NCBI RefSeq assembly: GCF_035084215.1 | Contig: NC_090337.1 | Coordinates: 37,386,001 to 37,450,000 of the forward strand | Direction of reading: 5' to 3' | Length of the DNA stretch: 64,000 bases | From: Heptranchias perlo | Lineage: Eukaryota | Part shown: positions 35,110 to 48,196 of the stretch, in pieces | How positions within the stretch are numbered: position 1 is the first letter of the stretch | Layout: the number at the start of each line of letters is the position of its first letter | Translations under genes and position numbers: made by a program | The notes under the pieces: generated by a model | Told to the model about the DNA's origin: nothing | What the model saw: the letters and a program-made list of their open reading frames with translations, nothing else | Database searches by the model: none

Positions 35110-35445
35110 GGAATTTGCACTAATGTAGTACCATATCTCGTCTGCAGGATGACCCAAAGTACTTGATCCCCAAAAAATACTTTGATGTACTGTCATAGAG
35201 ACAAAAGGGGTAGTTAATTTGCTCGGAGCCATATTCTTCAAACAACAAACGAGATGAATGACCTAATTAATCTGTTTTATCTGGTAATGTTGGTTGGGGG
35301 AGAAACATTGACTAGGACACTGGGACAACTTCTTGCTTTTCTTTGAATAGCGCCATGGGATCTTTTATGTCCATCTGAACAGGCCCATGGGGCCTTGATG
35401 TAGTATCTCATGTGAAGACAGTGATAGTATTACACTTAAATGTCA
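35110..35445 (-). mobile_element. DeuSINE (SacSINE1/AmnSINE-like) fragment
   Basis: Reverse complement contains the Deu-domain-like string gatggacataaaagatcccatggcgctattcaaagaaaagcaag...ccaaccaacatt. Confidence 0.65.
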
Positions 35446-38400
35446 GGTGTTGGGTTCAGTATATATTCTCAGGTTTTGCTTGATTTACCTATAGGAGGGG
35501 GCAGGGTGAAACTTTACAGAACCCTTAAGACATGAAATGCATTGAGCGGGTAATAGATTTATATCTTATGCATTGCTAATTACTTCAGTTCAATAGGAGG
35601 CAAAATTTAGTACTATGCATTTGAAAATTTCAGATTTTTTAATGAATTCCTGGTAAAAAATAAACTTTATTTTTAAAATGTGTTTCTGTCTGGAGGGTAC
35701 TAGGCAGTTACTGGCAGACCCTTAACCCAGTTGAACTTTGCGCCATCCAGATCAGCAGGAGCGACCAAACATCTGTGTTTGTACCACATGCTGTCTGGCG
35801 AAGCCAATCAGGCTGTGGATAAACAAATACACACAGCTTTTGTCTGCTTTTTTAGTCTACATTCAAACTGTCAGCCTTGACATAGCAGCAGGACTGCTAC
35901 TCTGTTAGACTTTTTAAACATTTTAAACTTTTATCTGATAGGGTGCTAGTGGTATCGATGTGCAATATCATCAATTCACCATCAGGCAAGCATACAACTT
36001 CTTTAAAGAATCCATTCCTGGAAGCCTTGTAGGATGATTTTATTCTCCACTATACCATCACCTAATAGTCCACCTTTGCATAAATAAAGATGTTCCAAAT
36101 ATAAATTAGTTTTCAGTTTCATGATTTTAGGATTGTATAAACATGATTGCTTCTGACGTCACTTCCCACAGATGATCTGTACCAGACTTGTGCCACAAAA
36201 TAGAGAAACCTTTTTTTTTCTATAAGGGTACACAATCCCTCTACCTCCACCCTAGTTCCCTTTGTTTGCCCCTGGAGTGTTTACTACCTATGGTTGAGAG
36301 AACAGATAAGTGAGCTGCTCCCAGATATTCAGTAATGCCACTGAACTAGCTACAAGGCAGTGCATGGGAGTGGCTCAGGGGCAATTGTATCTCCAATAAT
36401 TTTCTTTTTCATCTTCCTGTGAAAAGGTGCTTGAATTTCATTCCGTGCTTCCTCACAATCATGTAGCTAAGACTAAGAGCTCAAAAATGTTGGGATTAAA
36501 CATGAATCCCACAACACCCATGGCACAGTGTGCTGGAAAGCTGTGGAGATTTTAAAGAGCTGTATTTGGGGAATTTTTGGGCAAGCCTAGTGGCATTATT
36601 TTATCCACTGGCTTAAGTTTGTGTTGCAGCAGTTGCTGCATCTGTTTCAGTGCAAACTTTTACAGTCAGGCTTTCCAATATTAATCTTACTTTGTATTTT
36701 GCTATTATGTATTTTATTCATTTTGTATTCTAAGCTTTAACGCAGCAGGTAATAGTACTCAAAGTGGAACTATGTTGCCCAAGAGAATATAAGTTAGTTG
36801 ACCTGTCAGTAGCAATAAAGCTAAAGTGGGCAATGATAAATATATAATGAGAGGATGAGTGAAAAACCCTGGGAGAAAGAGAGACAAAAGAGGTTAGAGC
36901 GAGGAAGCTAAGGGGAAAGGGAGAGCAGTTGGAGGAGCAGTTTAGTGAAAGAAACTAAACTGTTTAATGTAGATTTGAACAACAGGTTTTAGATAATGGA
37001 GGCATCAAAGTGCAGGGATAAATATCAACAGGTAAAGAAATGCGTGAAAAGATCAGAATGAGGAAGGGAATCCAGTGGACAAACTGTGGAAAATAATAGG
37101 AAAGGGAAAGAAAAATGACACAGTGATTCAACCTAGGATGTCTGTCATAGTTTCTAGCATTTGACTGAAGAGGCCTGGGAGAAGCTTGCCCATTTTTCAG
37201 TAAGGAATGGAACATAAACCAAATGTAGGAGTCTAAGGAGAAAAAAAAATAAAATGAGAGTGGGACAGGAAATATCGAACCTGAACCTCGTGACAGTAAG
37301 AATAAAAAATTTAAGAAGCACTTGTAACCCAGTTCCTACCCACAACTAAGAACACAGTGAACCTTACACATATTATCAGGCATTGTTTGTTATTTAAAAT
37401 GCTTTTCAAATCCGTTGTTGTGGGATATGTTTGGCACTTTCCCCTCTGATTTAAAAAAAAACTCCCAGGTGACAATTTGTATATGAACAGATGCTCCACT
37501 CCTAATAAGTCCCAGGCTTCTGTCTCAGAAATATTCTGCAGCTGTTAGATATGTGAGAATGGCCTGGGCTACTTCATCCTTCTACCACCACCAACTCTAT
37601 GGGAAAGTGCCGCCTATCCCAATGAATGCAAACTCTGCATATGAAGAATTGTGGCACAATCTAACATACATTGAGACTTTTTATCAAAGACAGTTTTTGG
37701 TGTGTTGAAAGCAAGATTTTGGTGTGTTGGAAAATGATATTAATTTGGACAAAACATAAGTAACCTGTTATTAAAATAGCTCAGGTCTCAAATGTTCTGT
37801 AGTGGGTGAGTTTTCGTAGTCATCTCATTATCCACCCACCTGAAACCCACCAGGAGTTAAAATTAGGACCCTTGTTGCAGTTTGTGCATATTTTGACAGT
37901 TGATACAAAGTGAAAGTCTTTCTTGGGTCTGATGAGTCAACATAGTAATTCTACTATAGGTAGTTTATACTGTGTCTGTAGATATCTACATTAGATATTG
38001 CAGGTTGAAAAATACTAAAATAGTTGGAAATTATTCATTGATAGAGCAGGCTGAAGCAAACTGCTAATGATGACAACAGAAACTGATTAGGTGTACTGAG
38101 CAGAGACAACACATGGAGTGATAGGAAGTTCTGCTTATTTTAACAAGAATGGCCTGTGTGTGTTCTAATTTCCGAAAGGGGTATGTAATACATTGACATT
38201 AATATTACAGTAATAAAGCTGCTCAGATGTTTGGAGCAGCTTTACTTTTGTGGTACTAGTCAATCTCCCTTGGCATTGCACACAGCGAATCAAGACCAAG
38301 TATAGTCTTCAGGAAAAGCAGGATTAAAGAGTGGAGGATAATTGAACAGAACACATGATCTAATTCAGTCCCCATTTTAAAATCTTACATTCTGTTCTTT

Positions 38401-38496
38401 ATTTTTGTATAATACTTTGATTTGATGTCATTTATACTTAAAAGCAAAACTTTTGACCAATTTGGGAAGTAGGGAAGAAGAGCTGGTTGGAGTAAA

Positions 38497-38657
38497 GGGG
38501 GGTAATTTTAACTTTTGACGAGTGTGTAAAATGGGCGATATTGGATCAACCGCCCGTTATACATCTCTCCCGATTTTCCTCTCCATTGACTTCCAGGAGG
38601 AGTTTTTCTGGCTGAGGAGCTGGGAGATGAAAAACTGAGGGACTACAATACCACCCC
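38497..38657. repeat. Ancient palindromic MITE-like repeat (MER133-like half element)
   Basis: gtgtaaaatgggcgata...cgcccgttatacatctctcccgattttcctctccattgacttc. A related copy lies at ~42708-42780. Confidence 0.5.
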
Positions 38658-38882
38658 TGACAGGAGGGTAAAACTATAGCATGATAAGCTTACATAGGCA
38701 CTTTCCATTACAAATATGGTCATAGGAATTTATACTGGAAAAAAAATTGACACAAAATCGTGACAGAACTTGACAAGAGGAAGTAACACTTTGTGGATAG
38801 AAGGTGCTCACAAAAGTAAGATTTTTGATATATTAAATAGATACTAACCATATTCAACTGAAACAAAACATGTAAACATCTT

Positions 38883-39101
38883 AAACAAAAACAGAATATG
38901 CTGGAAACACACAGCAGGTCAGGCAGCAAACGTAGAGAGAACAGACAAGGGGTTTCAGCTATAGACCCTTCTTCAGAACTGCAGTCCGTGGCCAAAACAC
39001 CTTTTCTGTTCTGTCTTTGAATGCTGCCTGACCTGCTGAGTGTTTCCAGTATTTTCTGTTTTTGCTTCAGATTCCCAACATCTGAAATATTTTGCTTTTT
39101 G
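38883..39101. repeat. Palindromic Penelope-derived short element with a decayed hammerhead
   Basis: Inverted arms aaaaacagaatatgctggaaacacacagcaggtcaggcagc / gctgcctgacctgctgagtgtttccagtattttctgttttt. Minus strand contains CTGAAGA-agggtctatagct-GAAA. Confidence 0.7.
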
Positions 39102-39907
39102 TTCACGTAAACATTTTTACCTCGGCTTATCCAGCTTTTCCTTTTTCTCTTCTTTCCCATTCTTTTGCTCTTCCATTTTACTTTAACTTGAGATCTAACT
39201 TATGGATGCTATTCATCTAACTATTGTATATCTTTTCTTTGAAAGTTTTTATTAAATTTAATATAATTTATTGCCTGTTTTTCCCTTGTCTCTCAGGCCT
39301 AGCATTCATTTTAGAGATCATAACGCCATCAGCAGCACATTCATTTTAATGAGTTGCCTTTGGTAACTCATGCACTTACAGGGTGACTGTTGGTGTTATG
39401 ATCGGAAAGCTTAGGCTGAAATCTATATTTAAAAATTGGCCTTCAATTGGCTGAAAACAAGTTGCAATTTTTTTTCAACCAAGAGTGCCAGAAATCTTAA
39501 GATTGATATGAAGTTGTTTCTTATAGATACAATAAAGTCAATTTTTGAAGCAATTTTTTGGCATCAAACATGGGAGCACTACCAGGTCTACCGTGCCAGA
39601 GATCAAACTGTGACTAGGCAACATAATTTGTCGTCTAGGGATTAAAACTCAGGAAGATCTAGTTTGTTGGAATCCAAATGTGTTACAGACAGATAGGATC
39701 CAGAATTCCTTGCATGCTGAGTATCCCAGTCTCAGCTCTGTTGCCCAGGCAAGATACAGAACATTAGCCAGGCATTTCCCCACAGCAAGAGAGGAAAAAC
39801 TGGAGGGTCTGTCAAGCTGACCTGCACTTATAAAGCCAGAGATGTGCGAAGGGAAAAAGGAGGGAAAAAAGCAAAGTAACTTAAAAAAACTCTTTTCTAG
39901 TACCTAT

Positions 39908-41201
39908 GGGGGTGAAATTGGGCTGTGTAGCACCCATTTTGTAGCCGCTATACGGACACCTAAGCCCCAAAAATAGCGTCTGGGATGCGCGCGCACACTT
40001 CTGATGTGAAGTGCGCAGAATGCCATCTTGGTAAAAGGGTTTGGGCGCGCGCACCTAACGAGCACTGGTAGCATTTAGAGTGGGGAGACTATGACGCAAA
40101 TCAGTTCGCAATGCTGATTTAAAGGGATTGCTGCTATTTTGGAACTCCACACTCCATCCAACGCACTGTCTTAACCTCGCACAGCTGAACATGACTTGGA
40201 TCAAGTTTCAGTACTCTATAGGGAGAGGGCTGGCTAGCTGACAAGCAACAGCAAGGGCACTGGCAGAGTGGCAGGGGTGGGAGTAGGAATGCTGTCATCC
40301 TGAGAGAGGACAGCAGGTTCATGTTCCATGGAGCCACTGCCAATTGCTGCCTCCCGTTATGCACCACCTTCTCCTGCAAGAAAGAGGGAAGTGTGTCAGT
40401 GAGTGTCCTGCAAGATGTTTGGGTGATGTGGCTGTCATGGTTGAATAGCTGCCAGCGTGTGTGACCTGTGAGTTGTGGGTGTGCGGCTTGCAACTGTGAT
40501 AATGTGTGAGGGTGAGGTGAAGCATTTGATTTGAAGGGTTGGGTACTGATAGAAAGAGTTTGTTGGTAGGTGGCTGATGGAGGGGGGGTGTAGTGTGTTG
40601 AGCAGTGGATGAGGCTAGTGGTGAGTTGGTAGGAGACGCCACTTGAAAGTTGACCTCACTCACCCTGACCACACGTGACAAATCATTAAACTTCTTCCTG
40701 CACTGCATCCATGTTCTTGGCACTATGCTCCTGGCATTGACATTATCCACTACTTCCTCCCACTGTCTCTTGAGCATGTCTGGAGGGCCTCTTATCTCTC
40801 TGCGGATATAGGATGCCCCTCCTTCTGTCCAACTCTTGCACCGAGGCCTGTAGTGCATCATCAGAGAACCTCGGTGCACGCTCTATTGCAGGCGCGGCCA
40901 TTCTTCCAACTATCGCAGCCCAGGAATCACTTCTCACACCATTTCCTGCAGCCACAGTCCACTTCCCCTTTAAGAGGTTCAGGCTGCCTTGAAGTAGTGC
41001 TAGTCACTCCCGATGTCGGGGCCACTGGCTGCACACATCAGCAGATCAACAGCGCAGGTAGTGCTGGCTGAACGTAGCTACCATTGAAATCATCAGGCAG
41101 CACGAATATTACATGCTGCCTGCATCGCAAACAATGGAAGCGGGTTAATCGTGCACTGCGATCCCAGCACCCGTGTTCGGGGGTTGTCCAATATAACCGC
41201 C
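39908..41201 (-). mobile_element. Non-autonomous PIF/Harbinger element retaining a Myb/SANT gene fragment
   Basis: Imperfect TIRs GGGGGTGAAATTGG / CCAATATAACCGCC. Minus-strand RAPRFSDDALQ...QWEEVVDNVNARSIVPRTWMQCRKKFNDL|gtgagt, frameshifted. Confidence 0.75.
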
Positions 41202-43713
41202 TAGATTCCTACTTAAAATAAATGTAAAATATATCTGAGGCAAGTAATGGGGAAAATGGAAAGATTTTGGCTGCTTTCCCCCACTGCAGTGGGCAGGTGG
41301 TATGAGTTCGACAGCAGTGATAAATCCAAATATTTCTACTACTGCAAATTTTCCATTGCCCTTACCTTAATTTTGAAGGGCTGATTTTCACGAATCTTTC
41401 TCCCAGGAAACACATATTTTACTGGGCGTAAACGTCAGGAAAATAGGACAGAGACTTGTTTCCCTTGGATTCTGCCCCTTTTTTTGTTACCCCAGGAATT
41501 TTGGGGTTTTCCTTGGGGTCGGAGCTGGGCATGCGCCTGCAGTAGGTGCAAGTATGTGTTCTTGATCTCCTGCCTCCTTTTCCTTGGAGAATGCACACTG
41601 AAGGTCAACTGCAGGGGTGTCCAGTGAACTGTAGCCTGTCCCTGTACACTTTGGTTGGCAAGAGTCCCAGGGGCAGGCTGAAGACAGCATGGTAAATGGT
41701 TATTTTTATTTACTCCACCCCCTAGGATGTTTGGATATAATCAGGACCTTCTAGCTGCTGATGGAGATCAGGAGTAAGAAGGTCCCAATCTGAGGCCTAA
41801 CATGCAGCTGCCCCATCAGCATGTGCTGGGGATGCCCTGGGGCGAGTAGGAAATCCTGGACCTCAACGGGAATAGCATACTTTGTTGCTGCTCCTGTCCG
41901 GCTGTGAGGCAGAGTGGGTTAGGAAAGCTGTTCCTTAAGTATTTAAATCTGATAATTTGACGATTATTTTGAGCATCCCACCATTCAAAGGAGAGGGTTG
42001 GGATATCTGGTTCAGTTGTTAAATATCTTTCCAGGAGTCTATAGAACACCTTTGATATCACTGGTATTGGATCTTGATATAGATATATCTGGTCCAAGTC
42101 TGAAATCTTGGACATCAATGTTCTATACTGCCATATCGTTATCTTAAAATGGTTTGTAGTATTTGGATCCTGTAGCACTAATTGTTTTCTTTGTAATATA
42201 TAAACATGGGTCTGATATGTAAATTCTAGATGGACCAATCTTCCCTAGTCTTCCCCCTTCATGAGATAAAGTAGAGTTAATGAAAATGGCTTGTAAAGCA
42301 GTTTTATTTATTTTTGCATGTAACGCTCTTCTTTAAAACAAATTATCTTCCTTTTTTAATCTTAAAAGCAAATGATAGTTCAGTAAAGAATAGGAATTTG
42401 GGAAGTTTAGTTCACCATTTAATAATGCTGCTCAGATATGGTTTTCACCACAAGCCTTGCAGAAATCCCAGTTGACCTTGGTTGAAGAGGAACTGACAAG
42501 CTCTGTTCAAATTACATGCCAGTTGTGCATTTATTGACCTTGATGTTAGCTACTGAACCAGTCATTGACACTAGTAACATTGTTATTCAGAATATTGTGG
42601 TAAATTTATTTAGCGTATGCAGACTGAATGTGACGCTAAAAATGTTTGGGCTTTCTAGATTGAAGAATGTTAGAAATTGTACAGTGCAGAAAAAAAGAAA
42701 ATAGAAAAGGGTGAAATCGATCAACGGCAGCAAATCTGCAGCCCATTTTACACCGTCCGATTTCTTTTCCATTGACGTGAGCATGCTGCTCCCGCATTCA
42801 CAGGCCGCCAATATCTGGTATTGTAAATTCCCAGTGGTCGAACAGAAACCCTCAGTGACCTCCTAGACTTCATAAATCAGTAGAATAAACACTATCAGAC
42901 AGTAGCTTATGATATAAACTACTGAACAGTTTCATTAAGAATGAACAGATAAGCACTATCAAAGACAATACAGTAAATTACTGTGGCTCCTGTGGCTTAC
43001 AGAACTTTATCTACATCTCCTCGATACAAAGAAAGACAAGCAATACAAGTCTTCACTAATTTTCTGTTAGCTATATTTGGATCAAAGTACATATGCGGGG
43101 AAATTCTTGGCGGGCTGCTGCACCACCAGAAGTGCGGGGGGGTGGAACATCTACCTGTCAATCAGAACAGCAGTGACTCTGGGCTCTATTTTCGCACCCG
43201 CGATCGGGTGTGTTCGTGGCGGGGGGGCTGCGAAAATCAGGGATTCCCGGGGTGGGTCTGGAGCCCGGCTCCAACCCACCCCATTTCCGGGTTCCCCAGT
43301 GAGACGCTCACATGCGCGTGCAGCCCCCGCATGTGGGACTCCCTCCGGCAATTAAAGCTGGCGGGGTGCCACTTAAAGTACTTGAATAGGTACTTCAGGT
43401 TGTTTACAGACCTGATTGACCTGATATTTTAGGAGGGATCGGAATTTGCAATTAACTGAGACTATTTCCCGTACTGGGGGAAACACTCCCAGTTGAAATG
43501 GACGTGTTGCAGCCACCAGCCTGTGGCAGCTGCAAAGGTCCATTTGACAGGTTGAGGGGGGAGACCCTCACTCATTGCAGGAGGCCACTCTGTCACTTTG
43601 GACAAAGTTTGGCCTCCACCACCCTCCTTCTAACAATCAAATGTATAAACTTGCACACTTACCCCGGTGTCCAGACACATTTACCTACCTTGCGGACCCC
43701 CTCAAACTTCCGG

Positions 43714-44125
43714 ATGGGGGCCATAGCTGCAGTCATGACCTCCTCGGAGGGCGAACAGCCTCGCCGGCCACGCCGGCCAACTCTGACACGTGGAGCTCCA
43801 CAACACAGTGCTGTGACACATCCACCTGCACATCAGGAGGGAGGGCAACTGCAGAGAGAGATGCGTTGCAGAGGACACTACCCTCGCAATAGGCTCTACA
43901 GACCGAGGCTCAACTTCCTAGACCTCTCTGAGCAGCAGTGCACACGGAGGCTCAAAGTCACTCGACATGTAGTCATGGACATATGCAGCCTCCTTCATGC
44001 CTAGCTGCTCCCGGCTGGCCCGAGTACCATCTTCTTACCTGTCGCTGTCAAAGTCACCACTGCCCTCACAACTTCTCCTCCGCATCCTTCCAGGGTGCCA
44101 CCGGGGACATCGCCGGCATCTATCT
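43714..44125 (+). pseudogene. Harbinger transposase N-terminal fragment (HARBI1-like); DDE core absent
   Basis: RLYRPRLNFLDLSEQQCTRRLKVTRHVVMDICSLL..*..LPVAVKVTTAL / FSSASFQGATGDIAGI, with a stop and a frameshift. Confidence 0.8.
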
Positions 44126-44344
44126 GGCGTCTGCACAAAAGAGCCCTTCAAATACACCTACAGCCACTCTGCAGTGACCCAATGGGTGGCGTCAAGAATG
44201 CGTATTCATGGTGAACCCCATGATAGGGACCTATACCACAAGCCAGTCAAGAATGGGCAAGACGTGGCAGCAGTGGTGATAATAATATTTATTGTGCATG
44301 TGAAACAAAACAAAAGAAATGAAAAACATGACAAATCGTCAGAC

Positions 44345-46227
44345 ACCCTTATGCATTCCCTTTGTGCTCACAAAACCTTCGCCTTGCGTTTCCGGGAACC
44401 CCTACGTGGTGCTACCCCGTGGCTTCAGCAGAGGTAGTGGCAGGTTGCTTTTGTCCATGCCCTGACCGATGAGATGCTTTGGGCCGACGCCCTCTGGGTT
44501 TGGGTGCCCGTGAGGGCCCCTTCAAAGACTGTGCCACCTGCACCTGTGCAGGGGCAGACTTGGCCACTTGGAGAGGGGACAGCATTGCGGGTACTGGTTG
44601 AGAGGGGGGCAACAGATGAGACATGGGAGCGCTTTGAGTGGCGTCCCCACTTCCATGTCCCCTTTCACCATCATCCCTCTCGTGGCCCAGGCCCACTTCA
44701 CTCCTTCCACCCTGCTGGATGGCAGTTTGGAGGACTTGTGTGAGGCCTTGGAAGGCCAGTTGTAAAGTATCTGTCAGCCTGTTCAAGGCAGCAGAATGTT
44801 GCTCACCCTGAATCCGAATGGCCGTTATCAGGGCCTGAATGGACTCATTGTTGAGCTCGAGGGAGGCTAGCCTTTCCTCCACCGCAGACATTCCTGCACC
44901 TACCCGCGACACTATCTCAGAGATGCCTTCATGTCCCTGCGACACTATCTCGGAGATACCCTCCTGTACCTGTGCCACCATTCCCCTCATGCAGGAGTTG
45001 GACTCCTCCATCCTCTGCGCGATTGTGGAGATTGCACGTGGCACCTGTTCCAGCACCTCGGCAATGTGCTGCTGCCCCTCGATGACTCTGCTTTTCATGG
45101 CTGGCCCCCAGGGTTCAGCATCTGGGTCCAGCTGAGCAGAGCCTGGAGAAGAGTGCTCCCACCGACGCGGACTCTCCACGGCTGCCCCTGCCACCAGGGT
45201 CTGCTCGTGCTCACATGTGCGTGGTGACTCACCATGTGCAAGCCCAACTAAGTGAGGACGGGGACCCACCGAGGTGTATGTATCTGCGCTGGTGGATGGC
45301 TGGCTCAGATGTGACGATGGACCCTCAGAGACCGGCAGGTCCTCTGAGGAATTGCCCTCCACGGTCACGGCGCTCACAGATGGCCCTGCAAGAGAACAGA
45401 AAGCAATATTAGTCATGTGGACAGATGTTGAGGTGTTGCAGATGCCAAGTGATGCTAAGATCATTCGCTATCATGAGTGCTGAGTGTTAGCTGTCACTGG
45501 CCGTTTGTGCAGCCCCAGCCTCGGCATCCGCCACGGACAGGCACTCCAGCGTGCGGCTGATGTCCAATGCCTGCTGCTCCGCGTCCATTAGGACCACCTG
45601 GTGTGACAGGCCCCCTCCGGTCCATGCCCTCTCCCGGGTGTTCTGGCATCTCTTCTTCTATCAAGGCAAAACACAGAGGCGTGATTGAGTGATGCTTGCA
45701 TGGTGAGACGCTGCATGCATTGGTGTGGGTGGGGTTGAGCATGAGGGAGATGCATGAGAGGGTGCGTGTGCAACATAGCTATGATATTGTATGAGGATTG
45801 GGTTGCGTGGTAGTGTTCGAATGGGGACGGTGGGGGGGGGGTGAGTACGTGCAGGCAAGGTGAGGATGATAGTTGAGTGGATGTGAGGAGTGATGCGAGA
45901 GCGTTGTGGTGGCAGTGCAAAAGGGGTTGTGTGGTGGTGGAGGTGATGTGGAAGACGGTGTGTGGGAGAATGCGTAAGTATACTCACTTTGCCTAACCTG
46001 GTTAGATCATTAAATCTCTTCTGGCACTGGACCCAGGTTCGTGCCACATTGCTGTAGCTGGTGACCTCCTCGGCCACCTCCAGCTAGGCCTTCTTCGTGG
46101 TGGAGGGAGGGCACTTCCTCCCATCAGACGGGAAAAATATTTCCCTCCTCCTCCTCACCCCATCCAGCAGCAGCTGGAGTGAGGAGTCTGAAAATCTTGG
46201 GGCAGCCTTCCCTCTGGCGTGCTCCAT
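44345..46227 (-). pseudogene. Harbinger Myb/SANT-like DNA-binding gene (3 exons), disabled
   Basis: Exon 1, 46227-45988: MEHARGKAAPRFSDSSLQLLLDGVRRRREIFFP...KKA*LEVAEEVTS...RTWVQCQKRFNDL|gtgagt, with in-frame TAG at 46086-46084. Exon 2 from 45657: KKRCQNTRERAWTGG. Long coiled-coil exon 3 lies within ORF 44412-45464. Confidence 0.8.
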
Positions 46228-47596
46228 TGTTTAGCATTGGTTGTTTGCTGCAGGAGGAGTATTGGTGGACTGCCCCTTTAAATAGGGCTCCTCCAGCTGA
46301 CAGACCTTACTGCGCATGCGTAGTCCGCCCGCCGTGCAGCTTACCAGTGGGAAACCCGGAAGCAAAGGTAAGTGGCTCCAATTATCCTGTAATTGCGTGC
46401 GGAGCACACTGATTTCACCGGGCGCGTTACCCACGTGCCCAGTCGACCCCCCGCTGAGAACCCGCCGCCCTCCTAATATCGAGCCCTTTGAGTCTCAAAT
46501 CCTGAGGACAGTATCATTAACTTAAATGGGATGGATGCTCATGTTATATATGGCAGTTGCTGGACGTCCACCCTGTGTGAGGCAGGAAAATCGGAATGGT
46601 GCTTTGCCGCTCCGTTTTGGTGGGGGGGGGTTGCTGGTCAGACCATTATACCCGAAGGCAGAGGAAATGTTCTGTTGCCTTATTCCTAACTGCAATCGAT
46701 CGCTGTTGGGAAACAGCATTGTGGGCCCCACTTACATCTCTGTACGGCAAGAATGCATGCATCATGCAGGTGTATTGTGTTAAGTATTCACTGAAGAATG
46801 CAATTAAACCAGAAAAGCGATTATTTTAACAGAAGATTTCTACTTTTGCACAAATCTGACTGGAATTGTTAAGAAAACTGCTGTTTCTGATTGAGATTTG
46901 GTAATGTTGCACATGCTCAGCATTAAAAAGATAGCTGGAGAACAAATATTTGTATCAGAATAATGACTGCAATGGTATGTTTAAACAGTTGTATTTTGTT
47001 GATATCCCCTTTACTTTCTATTTTTGTTTTTTAGAATTGAAAGGGAACAGTTGGCTGACCTTTTGCCTACATCCTTGTATCTTGTCAAACCATTTTATAG
47101 TTTGAGGTTGCACATGATACATTGGTGAACTTTCTTCTATATTCAGCAGTGGCCAGCTGGCTTCTATACTTTGTGGCAGCTGAATAATTGCTTAAGGACT
47201 GAATGTTTTATTTTTGAGCATTTGTTCACCCTTCGAGGTAGGGGGGCTTGCAGAAGTGATCACACATTTAATGTCTGTATTTAGCAACCTAATATAATGT
47301 TACTTCTGGGTAACACAGCATAAATTGTTGAATATAAACATTGTCCCAAGTGCTTATTGCAAGATCGTTGACTATTCAAATAAAATTTTGTTTTATGAAA
47401 ACAAAATAAACTTGGGCAGCAACACATTATAGACCTGAACTATGCAAGATAAATTAATTTTCTTTTTGTGACTAATGTCTTTTTGAAATCCTGAACAAAA
47501 GAACTAAAATTTCTTTTTTTGAATATTTACTCTTTTATATTACTTTAAACTACTGTTTAACAGAATACATAACCTCACCATTCCATACTATTCCAT

Positions 47597-48196
47597 ACGA
47601 TAGAACCATAGAAAAGATACAGCACAGAAGGGGGCCATTCGGCCCATCATGTCCGCGCCGGCTCGAAGAACAACCAGGTGCCCATTCTAATCCCACCTTC
47701 CAGCACCCGGTCCATAGCCCTGCAGCTTACAGCACTTTAGGTGCAGGTTCAGGTACTTTTTAAAATAGTTGAGGGTCCCTGCCTCTACCACCAATTCGGG
47801 CAGCGAATTCCATACACCCACCACCCTCTGGGTAAAAAAGGTTTTCCTCATGTCCCCTCTAATCCTTCCGCCAATCAGCTTAAATCTATGTCCTCTAGTT
47901 CTTGAACTCTCCGCTCGGGGAAACAGGTACTTCCTGTCTACTCTATCTAGGCACCTCATAATTTTGTACACCTCAATCAAGTCACCCCTCAGCCTCCTCT
48001 GCTCCAAGGAAAACAACCTCAGCCTATCCAATCTCCCCTCATAGCTGCAATTTTCAAGCCCTGGCAACATTCTTGTAAATCTTCTCTGCACTCTCTCCAG
48101 AGCAATTACGTCCTTCCTGTAACGTGGTGACCAGAACTGCGCACAATACTCCAGCTGTGGCCTTACCAGCATTTTATACAGTTCCATCATTACATC
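47597..48196 (-). mobile_element. CR1 LINE 3' fragment (young)
   Basis: Open frame LYKMLVRPQLEYCAQFWSP...RRLRGDLIEVYKIM...FFTQRVVGVWNSLP, plus a 3' tail. Confidence 0.9.

Larger units (their letters stand above)
43181..46486. mobile_element. PIF/Harbinger DNA transposon, internally deleted (transposase N-terminus on +, Myb/SANT gene on -)
   Basis: TIRs GGGCTCTATTTT / AATATCGAGCCC, GC-rich, with two convergent genes as is typical of Harbinger. Confidence 0.85.

Noticed and set aside
44412-45464. 350-aa ORF as an independent host gene
   Set aside because: It lies inside Harbinger TIRs and is the last exon of the element's disabled Myb/SANT gene.
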